DNA of 64,000 nt from sequence record PV785814.1, one strand, 5' to 3'. Each line of letters opens with the position of its first letter. Position 1 is the first letter of the stretch. Shown piece by piece: positions 26,797-38,960 of this stretch. Made by a program: the position numbers and the translations under genes. The notes under the pieces are model-generated. The model was not told the DNA's origin and did not search any database. It was given only the letters and a program-made list of their open reading frames with translations.

Positions 26797-28214
26797 GTAA
26801 AGGAACTCAAATTTTCAACCACGTGATTGATGATGCGGGTACGGTTACAGTCGAAGTTGCTGGTACTGCCTTTGAAGGGCAGACTGGCGGCAATGATGAT
26901 CTTCAGACGTGTCTTGAATTGATCCAAGAACATGCGCTGTCACCTATCCCAGATTATCCAGTCGCATCGACTACAGTCGCGGGTATTACATTACTAAGCG
27001 ACGAAACAGCAGTGTCAAACCCAGCCAATGATACGAGCGCGGTAACTCCGTATGCGCTTAATTACTGGATGGAAAATCACTCGACTGCAACTGAAGTTCA
27101 GTATGGTTTCGTTAAAATCATCACCGAAACTACGATTGATACAGTTTCGCCGTCTGCGCCAGTTGAAGCAGCACAGAGTCACGCATTCACACTGAAGACG
27201 CTGAACTATGCATTGAACAACCGCTTCCATGCGACTGAATCTGCACCGGGTGCAGTGCGTCTAGCGACATCAGCACAAGCTACCACTACAGGTTCGTTAT
27301 CGTCAACTGTAGCAATGACTCCTCAGCGAGTCAAGCAAATGCTCGACGTATGGGCTAACACTACAGCATCAGACGCTTCGGAATCTACAAAGGGTTTGAT
27401 TCGTTTAGCAAACGGGACAGAAGTTAACAGCACTTCAGCTAGTGAAGATAATCTTGCAATCTCGCCGTATCGTTTTAACTTCAGAACAGCAACGACAACT
27501 AGAAAAGCGGGTTTTTATCTACCAGACGCGACAGTTGCGAATGCTCGTTCATCGAACGATCACGCTGTGACAGTCGGTACGTTGAGTTTATTCAGCGCGA
27601 ATAGTTCACGTGTGGGTGTAGCAAAGGTTGCAAACAACTTAACAACAAATGACCCGTTGCAAGCACTTAGTGCAGCTATGGGATATAAGCTGAATAATGA
27701 AAAGATTGGTGCACCTGGCGGTACAATAAACGGAACGCTGAAAGTAAATAACATTCAGTCAGTTTCTGGCACTCAATTAATGCAGAATGGTTTGATTGCG
27801 TCTAGAGCTATGCTGAACATGTATCCAGTCGGTGCAGTTTACATGTCTCTAGTGTCAACATCACCTGCAACATTATTTGGTGGCACATGGACTCGTTTAG
27901 CACAAGGTCGCGTTCTTGTTTCAGAAGGGTCATATGGTGGCAGAACATTCAACATCCGTCAAACTGGCGGTGAATATGAAGTTACTCTAACCGAAGCAAC
28001 AATCCCGTCTCACAAACACGCGGGTTGGGGTGAACATCACGACGGAAACGGTGTAGGATTTGGTGTAGCTTATCAGTACGGGCGTAATAACCCGGGTTCT
28101 CGTAAGACTGACCGAGACAACTACTTGTACTACACATCACCAGTTGGTGGTAACCAAGCGCACAACAACATTCAGCCGTATTACACTGTTTACATGTGGG
28201 AAAGAACTGCATAA
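26793..28214 (+). CDS. 12: gp12-like short tail fibre, paralogue B (473 aa)
   Basis: QIFNHVIDDAGTV start, repeats, MYPVGAVYMS collar, HKH motif, QPYYTVYMWERTA. Confidence 0.88.
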   Translation: MSKGTQIFNHVIDDAGTVTVEVAGTAFEGQTGGNDDLQTCLELIQEHALSPIPDYPVASTTVAGITLLSDETAVSNPANDTSAVTPYALNYWMENHSTATEVQYGFVKIITETTIDTVSPSAPVEAAQSHAFTLKTLNYALNNRFHATESAPGAVRLATSAQATTTGSLSSTVAMTPQRVKQMLDVWANTTASDASESTKGLIRLANGTEVNSTSASEDNLAISPYRFNFRTATTTRKAGFYLPDATVANARSSNDHAVTVGTLSLFSANSSRVGVAKVANNLTTNDPLQALSAAMGYKLNNEKIGAPGGTINGTLKVNNIQSVSGTQLMQNGLIASRAMLNMYPVGAVYMSLVSTSPATLFGGTWTRLAQGRVLVSEGSYGGRTFNIRQTGGEYEVTLTEATIPSHKHAGWGEHHDGNGVGFGVAYQYGRNNPGSRKTDRDNYLYYTSPVGGNQAHNNIQPYYTVYMWERTA

Positions 28215-28252
28215 AGACAAGCATAGTATAGCTTGAAAGTCAATATGATTAA

Positions 28253-28423
28253 ACGGGTGAGATTCATTTCTCACCCTTTTTTGTATGAGCGAAGCGGCAG
28301 AATGGAAAGAGGCGGAAAAATTCCGCATCATCTTAGTAGTATTAGGGGTTTTAGTGAACTTAGAGATATTAGTATTATTAGTATTAAATACTTGTTTAAA
28401 CCCGTGAATGTAACTGCTATTAT
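28253..28423 (+). repeat. Dispersed element copy 2 (opposite orientation)
   Basis: Terminator GGGTGAGA...TCTCACCC-T6; GCGAAGC; GCGGAAAAATTCCGC; TTAG at 28333, 28342, 28351, 28360, 28369, 28378; TTTAAA(28395-400)-17-TATTAT(28418-23). Confidence 0.8.
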
Positions 28424-28463
28424 TAACGCATAAAGACAATCCCTCCTTGATCCTTTGTATTGC

Positions 28464-28471
28464 TATAAATA
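28464..28471 (+). promoter_or_regulatory. T4-type late promoter
   Basis: TATAAATA upstream of wac. Confidence 0.8.
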
Positions 28472-28510
28472 GTAGTAAGCTATGTTCATTTACAATACAA
28501 GGGAACAAAA

Positions 28511-30193
28511 ATGACAATTCAAAAGCCTATCATAACAGAGCTTAGATATGTAAATGGTCAACCAGATCCTTCTCAACGTCCCGATCAAACTCGAATTAAC
28601 TGGGCTAAGAATGGCGAAAGCATCAACGGTGCTTCTGGTGACACTGTTTCTGACGGTGTGTTAAACCGCGCAGGAGTACAGATTCAAGAAAACGTTCTAA
28701 ACTCTCATAACAACACAAAATCACAACAAGCAGCTATTGAAGAACTAGTTGATACTGTTAACGAATTAACAGGTGGCGGTGACGCTAACCTTGGTGCTCG
28801 TGTAACCCAAAATGAGTTCGATATTGACGTTCTTGAGAATCAGTTTAGCGATATTCAAGCAAACGTTGGTGTAGCTAGTACAGTTGATGTTATCGCTACT
28901 GGTCTACATCGTACAGTAGAAGACATCGAAGCTGATCTTGGTACTCGAAATGTCAACGACATTCCCAACGACGTTGAGAACAACGATACAATTCGAAAAG
29001 ATTTGTATTTCATCAAGCGCCGTATCGGTAATGATCGTAACTATGATGTGAATGGCAACTTGTCGCCAAGTACAAACCCGACTGGTATGAAATATCAAAT
29101 CGAAGATCTGTACAACAAGACTGCTACTATCAATGCTGAAATTGGTGAGAACGCAATCCCGTTGACTATTAACGGTCGTTTGTATGATCTTGAGCAGAAT
29201 TCACAAGTTGGTGCGATTGCAGATATTCGTGATGAAATTGGTGATGCAGTTGACGCAGACCCAGGTCGTTCGATTTACTTGCGTCTTGACGACGCTGAAA
29301 GCGCAGTTAGTGATAATACTTCAGACATTGCATTGCTGCAACAAGAAGTTGAGGCACCTACAACTGGTCTGATCGACCGTGTTACTGCGAATGAGCAATC
29401 AATTTCAGATACAAACACTCAAGTTGGTATCAACGTCCAAGCGACGACTGATATTTCAGCCGATATTGGTTCTTACTCAGTAGGTGATGTGTACGCAGGT
29501 ACGATTAAAGCTCGTCTATCGACGTTTAACACCGATATTTCTAACTTGTGGAGTCGTCTTGGGGCTACTGACGCAGAGACCGGCACAATCTCATACAGAG
29601 TCACTTCGCTTGAAGCGAGTCTAGGTGATCGTGATAGTCCAGTTGAATTTACAGCGTGGTATAGCATTCAAGAAAACCGTGGGTTGATTGATTCTGCTCA
29701 ATCAGATGTTGATGGTCTATTGACTGTAGTTGGTCAATCGGATACTGAAGTGGGTACGTTGCGTGCTCGTGTTCTTGAGCTAGAAGCTCGTGCAGACTAC
29801 GCCCTGATCACATCAGACACGCCAGCAACCGTTGTTATGCCAACTACGCCTACTGACGTATTCAGTCTGTTCAACTCAGTTTCTGACACAACTGGTTTCA
29901 CGTTCACGGGTGGTGTGATTACTCGCGAAGGTCTTGACTTCAAGAAGCCTCTTGTTATCAACTGGATTATGGTTTCACCGACTGCTACGACTGTGACTAT
30001 TCGTATTGATATTCTTCACGATGACATGAGCAACGAGTCGTTTGAATCAACACGTACACTACGTGCGGGCGTTGTTACACCAGTTACAATCCCTGCTATC
30101 GCAGATTTACATGATTTATCTGAGATTCGTATCTACGCTCACACGAATGATGCAGTGACTATTGAACACGAATCATTCATGTTGAAACTTTAA
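28511..30193 (+). CDS. wac: Fibritin (neck whisker), C-terminal foldon replaced
   Basis: ELRYVNGQP...RINWAKNGE..GVLNRAGVQIQEN N-terminus; segmented coiled coil. Confidence 0.9.
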   Translation: MTIQKPIITELRYVNGQPDPSQRPDQTRINWAKNGESINGASGDTVSDGVLNRAGVQIQENVLNSHNNTKSQQAAIEELVDTVNELTGGGDANLGARVTQNEFDIDVLENQFSDIQANVGVASTVDVIATGLHRTVEDIEADLGTRNVNDIPNDVENNDTIRKDLYFIKRRIGNDRNYDVNGNLSPSTNPTGMKYQIEDLYNKTATINAEIGENAIPLTINGRLYDLEQNSQVGAIADIRDEIGDAVDADPGRSIYLRLDDAESAVSDNTSDIALLQQEVEAPTTGLIDRVTANEQSISDTNTQVGINVQATTDISADIGSYSVGDVYAGTIKARLSTFNTDISNLWSRLGATDAETGTISYRVTSLEASLGDRDSPVEFTAWYSIQENRGLIDSAQSDVDGLLTVVGQSDTEVGTLRARVLELEARADYALITSDTPATVVMPTTPTDVFSLFNSVSDTTGFTFTGGVITREGLDFKKPLVINWIMVSPTATTVTIRIDILHDDMSNESFESTRTLRAGVVTPVTIPAIADLHDLSEIRIYAHTNDAVTIEHESFMLKL

Positions 30194-30205
30194 TAGGGGG
30201 CAACT

Positions 30206-31129
30206 ATGCAAGCGTATAACGCTACATCGCCTCGTGAAATGAAAGACTTGATTTTAAGGCGCCTTGGTGCGCCTATTGTCAACGTCGAAGTATCTGAAGA
30301 TCAGGTATACGACTGTATTTCACGTGCGCTAGAACTTTACATTGAATATCATCCTGACGGCGTGAATAAGACATATTCTATCATTTCGTTGACTGAAGAA
30401 CAAGCACAGACTGGTATCATAGATTTAGATATTCCAGCCACTGCAATCACTAAAATTTTGCGTGCAGAAAGTACGTTTTTCACTTTAGATGGTAATGCGA
30501 CATACTCTTGGTTTAGTGACTTCTTGCAAGGTCTTGCAGGTGGCCCGGGTGCGGGTTCTTGTAACTCATATCATCAAGGTATGCTAGGTCAGGGTAGTCT
30601 TAGCGACTACTGGAATTTGATGTCATATAAGAACATGTTGAGCGATTTACTTTCGCCTGAATATGACTATTGGTACAATGGCGTCAATAAGCAATTGCGC
30701 GTTAATGCAAACTTGAGAGTTGGAGATTTGATCGTAGTTGAAGCATTTGTCCCGAGTGCATTGCTAGTATCTGAATCAGCGACTGGTATCATCGGTAACA
30801 AAGCAGCGACAATCGGTTCGTATGAAGATACGACTGCTCAAGAACGATGGGATGACCCGTATAGCATACTGCGCCAGAACAACACAATCGGTAACCCTAA
30901 CCAGTTTGCCGAGCAGAATGCATATTCTGTGCGTTGGGTTAAAGACATGGCAACTGCTATGACTAAACAAATGAACGGCGTGATCTTGAAGAAACACCAA
31001 GGTCTACAATTGCCAGGTGGTATAACAGTTGACGGCAAAGAGATCTACGACGAAGCTACTCAAGAAATGGAGAGGTTACGCGAAGAGCTAATGTCATTGA
31101 CTGTTCCGCTTGGTGTATTCATGGGGTGA
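30206..31129 (+). CDS. 13: gp13 neck protein
   Basis: KDLILRRLGAPIVNVEV...RWVKD...QLPGGITVDG. Confidence 0.95.
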   Translation: MQAYNATSPREMKDLILRRLGAPIVNVEVSEDQVYDCISRALELYIEYHPDGVNKTYSIISLTEEQAQTGIIDLDIPATAITKILRAESTFFTLDGNATYSWFSDFLQGLAGGPGAGSCNSYHQGMLGQGSLSDYWNLMSYKNMLSDLLSPEYDYWYNGVNKQLRVNANLRVGDLIVVEAFVPSALLVSESATGIIGNKAATIGSYEDTTAQERWDDPYSILRQNNTIGNPNQFAEQNAYSVRWVKDMATAMTKQMNGVILKKHQGLQLPGGITVDGKEIYDEATQEMERLREELMSLTVPLGVFMG

Positions 31130-31132
31130 TTT

Positions 31133-31969
31133 ATGAGCGCATACGACACTAACTCAGGTGGTATGTTCGCTAAATTGGAAAGTCAAAAGGGTTTTGACAA
31201 GATCTATGATGAACATCTTGTCAACCCGTACTTCAATTGGGTGAAGCATACAAATGAGCAGAATCTAACTGACATGCTTGTTGCAGAGGCAATCATCAAC
31301 CGTGGTGTTGAGTGTGTGTATCTGCGTAGAGAAATGGAAAAGGTCGATCTTGTATTCGGCGAAGATCCTTTGAGTAAATTTACTCAAAACTTCAGAATGG
31401 CTCTTTACGTTGAGTCTTTCGAGGGTTGGGACGGTGATGGTGATTGGTACAGCAAATTCGGATTTCAAGTTAACGATGAAATGAATGTTTGTATCAACCC
31501 GAAATTATTCGCGCAGCAAGGTGACGGGAAACAGCCGTTAATGGGTGATTTGATTTACTTCCCGCTTGCTAATTCTCTATTTGAGATTAGCTGGATTGAG
31601 AGAGAAGACCCGTGGTATATGAATGGCGTCTTGCCAATGCGCAAGATGAAAATGACTAAATTCGTGTACTCAGGTGAAGAAATCAATCTTGAGAAACCAG
31701 ACGCGGTTATTGATTCAATCGACGACTTATTAAACTTTGGTTCAGACACTGACGAAATGATTGATATTGACAGAATCAATGCACTTGACGGTCGATGGGA
31801 TATTGGCATCGAGCAAGGCGAGGAAATCACTCAAATCGAAGATGAAGTTGATAAATTCTACGAAGGTGAGCAAGTTGTTCCTCACGGTAGTGATATTCAA
31901 CCGACTGACCCACGTCAAGCGACGATTGGATTTAATGTAAATAACAGTAATCCATTCGACAGTTTTTAA
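31133..31969 (+). CDS. 14: gp14 neck protein
   Basis: LVNPYFNW, EQNL.DMLVAEAII, GDLIYFPLANSLFEISWIE. Confidence 0.95.
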   Translation: MSAYDTNSGGMFAKLESQKGFDKIYDEHLVNPYFNWVKHTNEQNLTDMLVAEAIINRGVECVYLRREMEKVDLVFGEDPLSKFTQNFRMALYVESFEGWDGDGDWYSKFGFQVNDEMNVCINPKLFAQQGDGKQPLMGDLIYFPLANSLFEISWIEREDPWYMNGVLPMRKMKMTKFVYSGEEINLEKPDAVIDSIDDLLNFGSDTDEMIDIDRINALDGRWDIGIEQGEEITQIEDEVDKFYEGEQVVPHGSDIQPTDPRQATIGFNVNNSNPFDSF

Positions 31970-31978
31970 GGGGGCATC

Positions 31979-33289
31979 GTGAAAGGGTATTTCTATCACA
32001 GATCGATACGAAAATACGTTCTCTTGATGGGAAACTTGTTCTCTAACATATACGTGTCTCGCGGAGACGGGTATAGAAAGGTGCCAATAACAGTTTCATC
32101 AAAGGAGCACTTTGTTGCTTCTTTGAATAGTCAAGAGCTTAACGGCGACGGCAGTGTGGCTAACGTAGCTACAATGCTACCAAGAATTGGCTTGGACATG
32201 GTCTCGTGTACGTATGACGCCACGAGAAAAACTAACATTGCAAATCGTAAGCTGACACGAGACTATACGGGCGACCGACCAAAGTCGAACAAGTTATTCA
32301 ACCCTGTCCCTTACGACTTCGAATTTGAAGTGAGCGTGTATACGCGACATCAAGACGATGCATTTCAGATTATAGAACAGATACTGCCATACTTTCAACC
32401 TCAATTCAACACAATGATCAAAGAACTTGATGAGAATGAGGTTGTAGTAGATCAGCGTGACATTCCGATTATCTTAGAATCAGCAACGCCAGAGACAACG
32501 TTCGAAGGCGCTGCGGGTGATATGAGACACATAGAATGGACGCTGAACTTGCGCATGAAGGGTTGGTTATACCCGCCTACAAATGCTCAATTTGGTGAAA
32601 TTAGAACAATTTACTTGAATTTCAATGATGAAGAGCAAGTTATCATTCATGCAGAGCGTGAGCCGGTTACAAGTACGCACGATATTCTTTGGAATGTTCG
32701 TTCAGAAGTTGAATCGCTTACTACGTTCGGATGGCGATACAGCGTTGATAGTCTATACGGTATCACTTGGAATACTCGTGAGATCATCACAGATGAGCTT
32801 GATATTAATTGGAATCGTCGATTCAGCATTACAGATACATTGATGATCGATTGGGCAACACGTTCATTGATTGATTCTGATTTGTCAATTGATTGGTCAG
32901 TTCGTGATTTTGCTGCGAATGAAAATGCATTAGCATGGGATGTTCGTAGTGATATTGATGCGACGTATGTAGCCGAATGGGGCACTACGCCAATTGCATC
33001 GAATGAGCTTGATATTGACTGGCTAGTTCGTAGTTCAGTTGAGACAATCAACGACATTGACTGGAGTTCCGGAATATATGTTGAAAGCGTAAATTCAATT
33101 GATTGGTCAGTTCGTTCAGAAACATCAGGTGCGCTTGATGTAGATTGGTCAGTTCGTTCAGACCTATCGGCAACAACTGATATTAACTACAACATGTCTT
33201 CAGAAGTGACAAGTACTTACGAGATCTACTACGCTCCAGGTGCGATAACATGGAACTTCAACGACATATCGTACAACATTGAAAACTAA
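31979..33289 (+). CDS. 15: gp15 tail sheath terminator with Trp-repeat C-terminal extension
   Basis: YFYHRSIRKYVLLMGNLFS, QIIEQILPYFQP; about 13 repeats of 14 aa after residue ~235. Confidence 0.92.
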   Translation: MKGYFYHRSIRKYVLLMGNLFSNIYVSRGDGYRKVPITVSSKEHFVASLNSQELNGDGSVANVATMLPRIGLDMVSCTYDATRKTNIANRKLTRDYTGDRPKSNKLFNPVPYDFEFEVSVYTRHQDDAFQIIEQILPYFQPQFNTMIKELDENEVVVDQRDIPIILESATPETTFEGAAGDMRHIEWTLNLRMKGWLYPPTNAQFGEIRTIYLNFNDEEQVIIHAEREPVTSTHDILWNVRSEVESLTTFGWRYSVDSLYGITWNTREIITDELDINWNRRFSITDTLMIDWATRSLIDSDLSIDWSVRDFAANENALAWDVRSDIDATYVAEWGTTPIASNELDIDWLVRSSVETINDIDWSSGIYVESVNSIDWSVRSETSGALDVDWSVRSDLSATTDINYNMSSEVTSTYEIYYAPGAITWNFNDISYNIEN

Positions 33290-33343
33290 TATGAATGGTC
33301 TTCTAAATATGAAGACCATCCTTATCTTTTTGGAGAGATAACA

Positions 33344-33892
33344 ATGCCTATCGTAACAGGTGATTTAAAATTTAACAAAAGTCTGCACGTTGTTGCAGCA
33401 GGACCGGGTAATGGCAACACGCACGATCTTGGAATTGATTCACTAGGTGGCGGCATTAGCTCTACCGAGTTGGTTTCCGGCGCATTACACGATCTTTTTG
33501 ATGCGGTACCATCAGCGGAAGCGGCTTCTGGTCGTGTTGAGTATCGTTTGATTTACGTACAAAACACTCATGCAACGTTGACATTATACGACGCGAAGAT
33601 TTTCATGTTTGCGAATACGGCATCGCCAGATTCGTTGATTGAAATTGGTCTAGATCCGGTTGCTGGAAACGGCGTTGATTCATTGATTTTACTTGATGAT
33701 GAAGTCGATTCGGGTGCCGAACTATCAGCGGTTGTATTCGGTGCGCATTCTGATTTTGCAAACGGTCTTGACATCGGCAACTTAGCAGCCGGCGAACAGC
33801 GTGCAGTTTGGATTCGTCGTACAATCGAAGCAGGTGCAGCGGCAGCAAATGAGACAGCATCGATCTCATTGCGCGGTGACACTGACGCTTAA
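33344..33892 (+). CDS. Conserved hypothetical virion-associated protein
   Basis: Clean ORF with GGAG RBS, behind TCTAAATA at 33302, between 15 and 16. Confidence 0.75.
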   Translation: MPIVTGDLKFNKSLHVVAAGPGNGNTHDLGIDSLGGGISSTELVSGALHDLFDAVPSAEAASGRVEYRLIYVQNTHATLTLYDAKIFMFANTASPDSLIEIGLDPVAGNGVDSLILLDDEVDSGAELSAVVFGAHSDFANGLDIGNLAAGEQRAVWIRRTIEAGAAAANETASISLRGDTDA

Positions 33893-34002
33893 TTGCTTAT
33901 TGAACGCTGTGTGCAGTGCGTACACAGCGTTTGTCTATTGTATTGAGTGTTTGTACTCATATTATTGTAAAGACGCTTACAGAGCGTTTTAGAGAGGAAC
34001 GT

Positions 34003-36307
<2,305 letters not shown>

Positions 36308-36308
36308 T

Positions 36309-36316
36309 TATAAATA
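36309..36316 (+). promoter_or_regulatory. T4-type late promoter
   Basis: TATAAATA upstream of 18. Confidence 0.8.
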
Positions 36317-36353
36317 TTGAATGAACAAACAACTTAATGGTAAGGAAAAATAA

Positions 36354-38369
36354 ATGACTCTTTTATCTCCGGGCATCGAAAATAAAGAGATTAACCTTGC
36401 AAGTGCTATTGGTCGTGCGGCAACGGGTCGTGCAGCAATGGTGGGGAAATTTGAGTGGGGTCCAGCTTACAGCATCACTCAGGTAACTTCAGAGTCTGAC
36501 TTGGTTACTATTTTCGGTCGTCCAAACGACTATACCGCAGCTTCATTCATGACTGCAAACAACTTCTTGAAGTACGGTAACGACCTGCGTTTGGTTCGTA
36601 TCTGTGATGAATCTTCTGCACAGAACGCGACTCCGCTTTACAACGCAGTAGAATACACGATTGGTGCTTCAAACGGTTGTGTTGTTGGTGATGAAATCAC
36701 TATCACTTACTCAGGCGTGGGTCCACTTACTGAGAAAGGCGTGGTTCTTGAAGTTGACGCAGGAAACAACAACGCTGCATCGAAGATTTTCTTGCCATCG
36801 GCTGAGATCGTTGCTGCTGCAAAAGCTGACGGTAACTACCCAGGTGTAGGTACAGTGACGCTTCAACCAACACAAGGTGACATTGCTCTAACGAACATTG
36901 AAATCATCGACAAGGGTTCAGTTTACTTCCCTAATATCGAGCTTGCTTTTGATGCGCTAACAGCAATCGAAACTGAAGGCGGCGACTTGAAATATGCTGA
37001 TCTTATTGAGAAGCAAGCTTTCCCTCGTCTGTCTGCTCGTTACGTAGGTGACTTTGGTGATGCAATCTCTGTAGAGATCATCAACTACGCTGACTACCAA
37101 ACTGCATTCGCATTTGCAGCGGGACATACACTAGGCGACGTTGAACTGCCAATCTACCCAGATGGTGGCACACGTTCAATCAACTTGAATAGTTACTTCA
37201 CATTCGGTCCGGCAAACAGCAATCAATACGCTGTAGTTGTTCGCGTATCTGGTGAAGTTGAAGAAGCGTTCATCGTTTCAACTAGCGCAGGTGATAAAGA
37301 CGTTAACGGTCAATCTATCTTCATCGACGAGTTCTTTGAAAATAGCGGTTCTGCTTACATCACTGCAATCGCAGAGGGTTGGAAGGCTGAATCAGGCGCA
37401 TACAACTTCGGTGGTGGTTACGACGCTAACGCGGGCGCTGACGACTGGCTATTTGGTCTAGACATGCTATCTGACCCAGAAGTTCTTTACGCGAACTTGA
37501 TCATTGCGGGTAACGCTGCGGCTGAAGAAGTTTCAATCGCTTCGACTGTTCAGAAATACGCAATCGACTCAGTTGGTAACGTTCGTCAAGACTGTGTGGT
37601 ATTCGTATCTCCGCCTCAGTCAATGATCGTTAACAAGCAAGCACACGTTGCAGTTGCTAACATTCAGGGATGGCGTACAGGTATTGACCCAACTAACGGT
37701 CAGCCAGTAGTAGACAACTTGAACGTAAGCACAACTTACGCAGTAATCGACGGCAACTATAAGTATCAATACGACAAGTACAACGACCGAAATCGTTGGG
37801 TACCACTAGCGGGTGATATTGCTGGTCTATGTGCGTACACTGACCAAGTATCTCAACCTTGGATGTCGCCTGCGGGCTTCAACCGTGGTCAGATCAAGGG
37901 TGTGAATCGTCTTGCAGTTGACCTACGTCGTGCTCATCGTGACGCGCTATACCAAATCGGTATTAACCCAGTAGTGGGCTTTGCAGGACAAGGCTTCGTA
38001 CTGTACGGTGATAAGACTGCTACACAACAAGCAAGTGCATTTGACCGCATTAACGTGCGTCGTCTGTTTAACTTGCTGAAGAAAGCGATCTCTGATTCTG
38101 CTAAGTACCGTCTATTTGAATTGAACGATGAGTTCACACGCTCAAGCTTCAAATCAGAAATCGACGCATACTTGACTAACATTCAAGATCTAGGCGGCGT
38201 GTATGACTTCCGCGTTGTGTGTGATGAGACTAACAACCCAGGTTCTGTCATCGACAGAAACGAGTTTGTAGCAAGTATCTACGTGAAACCTGCTAAGTCA
38301 ATCAACTTCATTACGCTGAACTTCGTAGCAACGTCAACTGACGCTGACTTCGCAGAAATCATCGGCTAA
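36354..38369 (+). CDS. 18: gp18 tail sheath protein
   Basis: MTLLSPGIENKE, WMSPAG.NRG, FDRINVRRLF. Confidence 0.97.
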   Translation: MTLLSPGIENKEINLASAIGRAATGRAAMVGKFEWGPAYSITQVTSESDLVTIFGRPNDYTAASFMTANNFLKYGNDLRLVRICDESSAQNATPLYNAVEYTIGASNGCVVGDEITITYSGVGPLTEKGVVLEVDAGNNNAASKIFLPSAEIVAAAKADGNYPGVGTVTLQPTQGDIALTNIEIIDKGSVYFPNIELAFDALTAIETEGGDLKYADLIEKQAFPRLSARYVGDFGDAISVEIINYADYQTAFAFAAGHTLGDVELPIYPDGGTRSINLNSYFTFGPANSNQYAVVVRVSGEVEEAFIVSTSAGDKDVNGQSIFIDEFFENSGSAYITAIAEGWKAESGAYNFGGGYDANAGADDWLFGLDMLSDPEVLYANLIIAGNAAAEEVSIASTVQKYAIDSVGNVRQDCVVFVSPPQSMIVNKQAHVAVANIQGWRTGIDPTNGQPVVDNLNVSTTYAVIDGNYKYQYDKYNDRNRWVPLAGDIAGLCAYTDQVSQPWMSPAGFNRGQIKGVNRLAVDLRRAHRDALYQIGINPVVGFAGQGFVLYGDKTATQQASAFDRINVRRLFNLLKKAISDSAKYRLFELNDEFTRSSFKSEIDAYLTNIQDLGGVYDFRVVCDETNNPGSVIDRNEFVASIYVKPAKSINFITLNFVATSTDADFAEIIG

Positions 38370-38398
38370 GAGCAATCACAAAAGGGGCTGAAAGCCCC

Positions 38399-38406
38399 TA
38401 TAAATA
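38399..38406 (+). promoter_or_regulatory. T4-type late promoter
   Basis: TATAAATA upstream of 19, immediately after a GGGGC/GCCCC hairpin. Confidence 0.75.
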
Positions 38407-38421
38407 AAAGGTAAGAAGAAA

Positions 38422-38922
38422 ATGGCACTTAATGTAGACAACATTAAAAGAGCTTTCAGTAACGGTGATTTCGCTCGTCCAAACTTGTTCGAAGTTGAGA
38501 TTCCGTATCTGGGACAGAACTTTAAGTTTCAATGTCGCGCCTCTTCAATGCCACCGGGCAGTGTTGAGAAGCTAGAAGTTTCATACCAAAACCGTAAGTA
38601 CAACATTGCGGGCGACCGTACGTTCGACGATTGGAACGTGACTGTGTACAACGATGAAACTCATGACATTCGTAAAGCAATTATGGCATGGCAAGCTCGT
38701 GCTGTAGGCTTAGGCAAAGACATTTCTGGTGAGACGCCAGATCAGTACAAACGTACTGGTACAATCACTCAGTTAGACCGTAACGGCGATCCGACGACTA
38801 CGGCGACTGTTTACGGGATTTTCCCGACTGTGGTAGGCGAAATTGCGCTTGATTGGGACTCAAACAACGAAATCGAAACGTTTGAAGTTACATTCAGCCT
38901 AGACTACTTCACATTAGATTAA
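38422..38922 (+). CDS. 19: gp19 tail tube protein
   Basis: DFARPNLFEV, AGDRTFDDW.VTVYND, WDSNNEIETFEVTF. Confidence 0.97.
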   Translation: MALNVDNIKRAFSNGDFARPNLFEVEIPYLGQNFKFQCRASSMPPGSVEKLEVSYQNRKYNIAGDRTFDDWNVTVYNDETHDIRKAIMAWQARAVGLGKDISGETPDQYKRTGTITQLDRNGDPTTTATVYGIFPTVVGEIALDWDSNNEIETFEVTFSLDYFTLD

Positions 38923-38960
38923 GAACTTTAGGGGCGCAAGCCCCTTTATTGAGGTAAAAT

